NCBI GenBank assembly: GCA_002104905.1
Contig: MCFE01000390.1
Span: 18,834 to 82,833, forward strand
Length of the DNA: 64,000 bases
Direction of reading: 5' to 3'
Source of the DNA: Basidiobolus meristosporus CBS 931.73
Lineage: Eukaryota; Fungi; Basidiobolomycota
Under the pieces are notes generated by a model. The model did no database searches, had not been told where the DNA came from, and was given only the letters and a program-made list of their open reading frames with translations. Positions within the stretch are counted from its first letter, which is position 1. Every line of letters starts with the position of its first letter. Shown one piece after another: positions 59,740-64,000 of the stretch. A program made the position numbers and the translations under genes.

Positions 59740-60713
59740 TTAGGGTTAGGGGGGGGATGATCATCACCAAAGGGTGAAATCTTTATTTAAATAATAAATA
59801 AAGAAGCCAAGTTTGAATATGAATATCTGAGATGCAGGAAGCCTACAAGATAAACTTGGACTTTGCTGTATCCCAAATATCCTCAATATCAAAGTCTAGA
59901 GGAGAGTGTAGCAAGACTGCTTGTTCACTGTAGTATTTCTTGAGGAAGTTTGTGACTTGAAGGGAAGGAGAGTTTTTCAACAAGCTGGTAAATCTTTTGA
60001 GGAGTTCTTTTTCCAGAGAGAATGGCACAAAGAGTGGAATGTCCAAATGATGTCTGAATATATGCTCTGAGAGCTCCCAATCCAGCATATTTTTGACTTC
60101 TTCTGTAAAATCTTCAACAATATCTTTGTCAAGAATAACTTCCAAGAGATCCCTGGCAATGTACTGAATGTTAATAATCTTGGGCATATGAATACCTAGG
60201 TCCTTGAGGTAGTTTCTTTGTTCTGATATTGGGAGATATCCTGCATTTCTGAAATAGCAAACAGCCCAGTTGGCAGTAGGAGGAGTATCAGGGCTGACAG
60301 GGAATCTTCTTCTAGCTTTAGAGTGCAGTGGCTTAGGAGACTGTCTTGATGCAAGGGCAGCTGGTTTTGGATGAGCTTGAAGTGCTTGGGAGTAGGTCTG
60401 AGTACAAGTAGTAGAAGTTCCTGGTTGCTCAGAATTTTCAGATTGACTGGATGAAGAGCTAATTGAGGGGTTGCAAGGTAAGGAAGAAGCTGAAAGAGAA
60501 GTGGAGAGGGCTGGGTGAAGTTCAGAAAGAGTTTTGAAAAGAATTTGGATCTGAGATTTCAACATTGAGTTTTCAGCTTCAAGAAGAGAAACTCTTTGTT
60601 CAAGGTAAGAAGTCTGTAAAGAGTGAAAGTTGGGCAAAGACATGGAAGTAGTAAATAAGAAGAAAGGAGTAGTTGGGGTGGGCGGGTGGGAAAATAGGTA
60701 AGAAGAAACAAGA
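59740..60713 (-). mobile_element. Telomeric unit 4: ORF1-only unit, subfamily B
   Basis: Junction (TTAGGG)2 plus 5 G; hairpin at 59764-59777; one 266-aa ORF. Confidence 0.85.
59843..60643 (-). CDS. ORF1/Gag-like protein B (coiled coil, S/P-rich linker, conserved alpha/beta C-domain)
   Basis: Clearly homologous to ORF1-A: LEQRVSLLEAENSMLK versus LEERLALVEAENALLK; WAVCYFRN..LPISEQRNYLK versus WTVCYFAN..IPISEHRMYLK. Confidence 0.75.
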   Translation of the reverse strand: MSLPNFHSLQTSYLEQRVSLLEAENSMLKSQIQILFKTLSELHPALSTSLSASSLPCNPSISSSSSQSENSEQPGTSTTCTQTYSQALQAHPKPAALASRQSPKPLHSKARRRFPVSPDTPPTANWAVCYFRNAGYLPISEQRNYLKDLGIHMPKIINIQYIARDLLEVILDKDIVEDFTEEVKNMLDWELSEHIFRHHLDIPLFVPFSLEKELLKRFTSLLKNSPSLQVTNFLKKYYSEQAVLLHSPLDFDIEDIWDTAKSKFIL

Positions 60714-61130
60714 GGGTTAGGGGGGGGAGGAAAGTCACCAAGTGGTGAAATCTTTATTTACTTATGACAAGTATCTAAAGAAGCCAAGTTAATCTGAAGT
60801 TATTCCTAGAAAGCTAGGTCTGAGAGATATCTTCCTGGTAAGCCAGGTCTGAGAGTTGAGAAGCTGAGTGGTACTATATTTCCTAGTTAGCTAGGTCTGA
60901 GAGTGGTTTCCTGGAAAGCCAGGCCTGAGAAGTGAGAATCTGAATATATCTGAGCTAAGTTATACTGGTTTGCGGTAGCTGAATTGTGGCCGGAATGGCC
61001 AGTAGACTGGGGGAACTGAGATGTATTTCTGGGCGATCACTGGCCAAATTTACTAGGCAAATCTGGCCAAGTAGCATTTCGAGGATTCCAGCCAATCAGA
61101 GCCTTTACTTTGCCCAATGGTTGATCAAGC
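60714..61130 (-). mobile_element. Telomeric unit 5: non-coding unit, shorter copy
   Basis: Junction GGGTTA plus 8 G; hairpin at 60735-60748; duplicate of unit 3. Confidence 0.8.
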
Positions 61131-62661
61131 TTAGGGGGGGAGACAGTCACCAACAGGTGAAATCTTTATTTCAGTTGAAACAAAGAAGCCAGCGCTACTG
61201 TTGTAGCTTTGATACAAGAGTGTGTAGCTGAGGGGAATTTGTAGGTAAGTTAATAAGAAGTGATGATAGTTCTTCAGTGCTCAAGACACTGTTCAGTGGG
61301 AAGGGGGGTAGTAAGAGAGGTAAGAATGACTTGTGAACAACATTAATGAGGGGAATGTGATAAGGATTGATATTCATCATAAAGGGAGTGTGCTGCTGCA
61401 GATATTGCTGCCAAAGGTCTGTCAAGTACTTCAGGTAGGCCAGCTTGGGTTTTTCTGACTGCAGAATATAGTGAGCAAACTTCTTGACTTCAGGATCTCC
61501 AAGTATAGTTCTCCAGCAGGAGCCAGGTGTTGTGTGGTGTGTTCTCTTCCAGGCCTTAATCAGTGGGTTGTTGCAGTTGTGAAGTCTGAGGTATAATCTG
61601 GCTCTAAGGTAGAGAAGTCTGATCTTATAGGGCATAAACCCAAAAGCACCAAGAATAGCATGTCTGTAGGGGCATTCAGGCAAATGAGGCACCAAGGAGG
61701 TAATGCACCATACTGCAAACTTGTCAAGCTTAGTGCAGTCTCTAGAAGTAAGAGAGAGAAGTGGTAAGCCAAATTCCAGGACAAGGAAGACAAACTGCTT
61801 GAGTAGAAGGAGGCAGCTGGGAGCTGAAGTTGTAGGAGGAGTAACAGCCAGTAGCTTGTGGAGTGCCTGTCTTGCCAGGATAATTCTCTTCTTCAGGTGT
61901 GCTCCAGAGTCTAGTCCAGTAGGAAGGAAAGGAAAGCCAAGATATGTAGCAGAAACCTGAGCAGGTAGAGTGGAGTTCTCCAAGTTGATGGGAGAGCCCA
62001 AAGGTACTGTCTTTGCAATGGAAAGCTGGAGATTATTCTTCTGCAGATACTGGTGGATGGTCTGGGAGTCTTGTTGCACATTGGAGGAGGATATTCTGAT
62101 GTCATCAGCAAAGAGAGTAACCAGGCAGTCAGCTGAGAGTCTTGGGAAATCATTCAGGAAGATGGCAAACAGTATAGGACCAAGCACAGAGCCTTGAACC
62201 ACTCCATTAGGAACTGAGAACACAGCTGATTGCTCACTTGGGTGCAGAATTCTTGCTTGTGGATCCAGAAACAGAGACCTGACAAGGAGGGTGAGAGAGG
62301 TACTGGAGAAGCATTGCAACTTGGACCAAAGCAGATTTCTGTCAACTGAATCAAAGGCCTTAGTAATATCAAACAGAACAGAGGGATACTTGCACTGGAG
62401 AGAGTGATCTTGGCTAAGTATGACTGCATATTCCAAGGAGAGGCCAGGAACAAAGCCAAACTGTGCAGGATGAAACTTGAGAGAGTCAGAGTAGAGCTCC
62501 TGAGCAAGCAGAAGCTCAAACACCTTTCTGCAGGTGGGCAGCAGAGATATTGGCCTGTAGGAGCTAGGATCCAGGTGCTTTCCTTTACCCTTGTACAGTG
62601 GCAGAACATTTGCAAAGGACCATTCCTCAGGAGTAGAAAGCTGGGCTGAGCATTGCTGAAA
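61131..62661 (-). mobile_element. Telomeric unit 6: 5'-truncated LINE-type RT unit
   Basis: Junction TTA plus 7 G; hairpin at 61147-61160; the RT frame runs up to the next junction. Confidence 0.88.
61195..62661 (-). CDS. Non-LTR (LINE-type) reverse transcriptase, stop-free but lacking its N-terminus
   Basis: W..ANVLPLYKGKG..DPSSYRPISLL, QFGF, FDITKAFDSV, GVVQGSVLGPILF, FADD and TYLGF. No ATG near the 5' end. Confidence 0.9.
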   Translation of the reverse strand, partial: FQQCSAQLSTPEEWSFANVLPLYKGKGKHLDPSSYRPISLLPTCRKVFELLLAQELYSDSLKFHPAQFGFVPGLSLEYAVILSQDHSLQCKYPSVLFDITKAFDSVDRNLLWSKLQCFSSTSLTLLVRSLFLDPQARILHPSEQSAVFSVPNGVVQGSVLGPILFAIFLNDFPRLSADCLVTLFADDIRISSSNVQQDSQTIHQYLQKNNLQLSIAKTVPLGSPINLENSTLPAQVSATYLGFPFLPTGLDSGAHLKKRIILARQALHKLLAVTPPTTSAPSCLLLLKQFVFLVLEFGLPLLSLTSRDCTKLDKFAVWCITSLVPHLPECPYRHAILGAFGFMPYKIRLLYLRARLYLRLHNCNNPLIKAWKRTHHTTPGSCWRTILGDPEVKKFAHYILQSEKPKLAYLKYLTDLWQQYLQQHTPFMMNINPYHIPLINVVHKSFLPLLLPPFPLNSVLSTEELSSLLINLPTNSPQLHTLVSKLQQ

Positions 62662-63653
62662 TAGGGGAGGGAAAGTCACCAAGGTAGGTGAAATCTTTAT
62701 TTGATTTCAGACAAGTCTAACTACAAATAAAGAAGCCAGCAGGGAATAGAAGATTCCCAAAGTAAACACTAAGTTGAATATGAATAAATCTAAGCTAAAG
62801 TTAAGGCAGTATCCCAGAGTACACTGGAGTTCAGGTTCATGGGGGAGTGAAGTAGATAAGCTTGAGAGATATAATAATCTTTGAGGAAGTGGGTAACAGC
62901 AGGTGAAGGGGAGTTTTTGATAAGTGAAGTGAATCTTGAGAGCAGAGATTCCTCCAATGAGAAGGTCTTGTAAACTGGAGAATCAGGAAACTCTTTAAAG
63001 GCATGGTCAGTAGGTTCCCAGTAAAACTGGTCAGAGACATTTTGAGAGAACTCTTTAGCAATACTTTTGTCAAGTACTACCTCCAGAGTGTGATTGTTGA
63101 TAAATCTCATATTAACAATCTTGGATAAATTGTAACCTTGTTGCTTGAGATACATCCTATGCTCAGATATAGGAATGAACTCCACATTGGCAAAGTAGCA
63201 GACAGTCCAGTCAGTAGCAGGAGGTAAATCAGAAGTGGCAGGAAACTTTCTTTTAGTCTTGGGAGGAGCAGCAGGATGTCTTGAGGAAGCAGGAACAGGC
63301 TTTTTGACAGCTTCAGAGTAGGAAAAGTGAGCAGGAGCAGATGATTCTTGGGGAGTCTTGTTGACAGGAACAGCTGGCAGAGAGACAATAGATTCTTGCA
63401 GATCAGAAAAGGCAGAAAACAGCTTTTGAACTTGTTTCTTGAGTAAAGCATTTTCAGCTTCAACAAGTGCAAGCCTTTCCTCAAGGAAGGAAATCTGAAG
63501 GGAATGGAGTGAAGGCATAAGAAATAAGAAGAAGAGGGTAAGGTGGGGTGGGTGGGTGGGAAAATTAGCAGGGAGAACAGAAGGAAGGAGCAAAAATTCC
63601 AGAAGTCAGAATTTATAGATGGATGGACAAGGGTAGATGGATGGATTATTCCT
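62662..63653 (-). mobile_element. Telomeric unit 7: ORF1-only unit, subfamily A, possibly full length
   Basis: Junction TAGGGGAGGG; hairpin at 62676-62691; intact ORF; the 5' end abuts GGGTTAGG. Confidence 0.85.
62790..63518 (-). CDS. ORF1/Gag-like protein A (242 aa from ATG at 63518)
   Basis: The MPSLHSL start is shared with the copy at 52695. Coiled coil, SYSEAVKK motif, conserved C-domain; no CCHC knuckle. Confidence 0.78.
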   Translation of the reverse strand: MPSLHSLQISFLEERLALVEAENALLKKQVQKLFSAFSDLQESIVSLPAVPVNKTPQESSAPAHFSYSEAVKKPVPASSRHPAAPPKTKRKFPATSDLPPATDWTVCYFANVEFIPISEHRMYLKQQGYNLSKIVNMRFINNHTLEVVLDKSIAKEFSQNVSDQFYWEPTDHAFKEFPDSPVYKTFSLEESLLSRFTSLIKNSPSPAVTHFLKDYYISQAYLLHSPMNLNSSVLWDTALTLA

Positions 63654-63784
63654 GGGTTAGGAAAATTAGCAGGGAGAAGAGAAGGAAGGAGCAAAAATTC
63701 CAGAAGTCAGAATTTATAGATGGATGGACAAGGGTAGATGGATGGATTATTCCTGGGTTAGGAAAATTAGCAGGGAGAAGAGAA
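63559..63784. repeat. Subtelomeric 101-bp tandem repeat (about 2.2 copies), with GGGTTAGG at each unit junction
   Basis: GGAAAATTAGC recurs at 63559, 63660 and 63761. Confidence 0.92.
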
Positions 63785-64000
63785 GGGTTAGGGTTAGGGT
63801 TAGGGTTAGGGTTAGGGTTAGGGTTAGGGTTAGGGTTAGGGTTAGGGTTAGGGTTAGGGTTAGGGTTAGGGTTAGGGTTAGGGTTAGGGTTAGGGTTAGG
63901 GTTAGGGTTAGGGTTAGGGTTAGGGTTAGGGTTAGGGTTAGGGTTAGGGTTAGGGTTAGGGTTAGGGTTAGGGTTAGGGTTAGGGTTAGGGTTAGGGTTA
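63785..64000 (+). repeat. Telomere, (GGGTTA)36
   Basis: 216 bp of perfect TTAGGG repeat running to the window end, G-rich strand pointing outward. Confidence 0.99.

Noticed and set aside
61195-62661. Penelope-like (Athena/Coprina) or telomerase RT
   Set aside because: YRPISLL, D..KAFD and QGSVLGP are LINE-type motifs.
62662-62682. MVTFPP as the true start of the RT ORF, making ORF1-A + RT one bicistronic element
   Set aside because: The start is a TTG inside the 3' hairpin of unit 7. The same 3' end occurs at 53106 without RT next to it, so this is a junction read-through.
63107-63694. 195-aa ORF
   Set aside because: Alternative frame of ORF1-A plus the 101-bp repeat; low-complexity product of strand bias.

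Overview
This is the right-hand end of a eukaryotic chromosome, most likely fungal (inference from the TTAGGG telomere, chromoviruses, an alpha-arrestin and intronless genes; the species cannot be determined). It has three zones. (1) 1-37 kb: nested, CpG-depleted LTR retrotransposon debris (Ty1/Copia, Ty3/Gypsy). It also holds one Copia with an intact 1.3-kaa ORF, a two-ORF PIF/Harbinger-type (PHIS) DNA transposon with related MITEs, a 1.5-kb palindrome and a 7 x 233-bp tandem array. (2) About 37.9-51.8 kb: a CpG-normal island with an alpha-arrestin gene, an NmrA-like gene carrying an early stop, and a YhgE/Pip-like membrane protein gene. (3) 51.8-64 kb: a head-to-tail array of seven minus-strand non-LTR units ending in (GGGTTA)36. 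The units are RT-coding, ORF1-only (two subfamilies) or non-coding. All seven share one 3' terminus (AAATAA(A/G)GATT, then a UCACC-loop-GGUGA hairpin, then oligo-C). Each is joined to its left neighbour through a TTAGGG-like seed plus extra Gs. This looks like a HeT-A/TART-like telomere-attaching retroelement system built on a LINE-type RT, coexisting with telomerase-type repeats, and is the main candidate for an undescribed system. All coordinates and alignments were made by eye; no searches were run.
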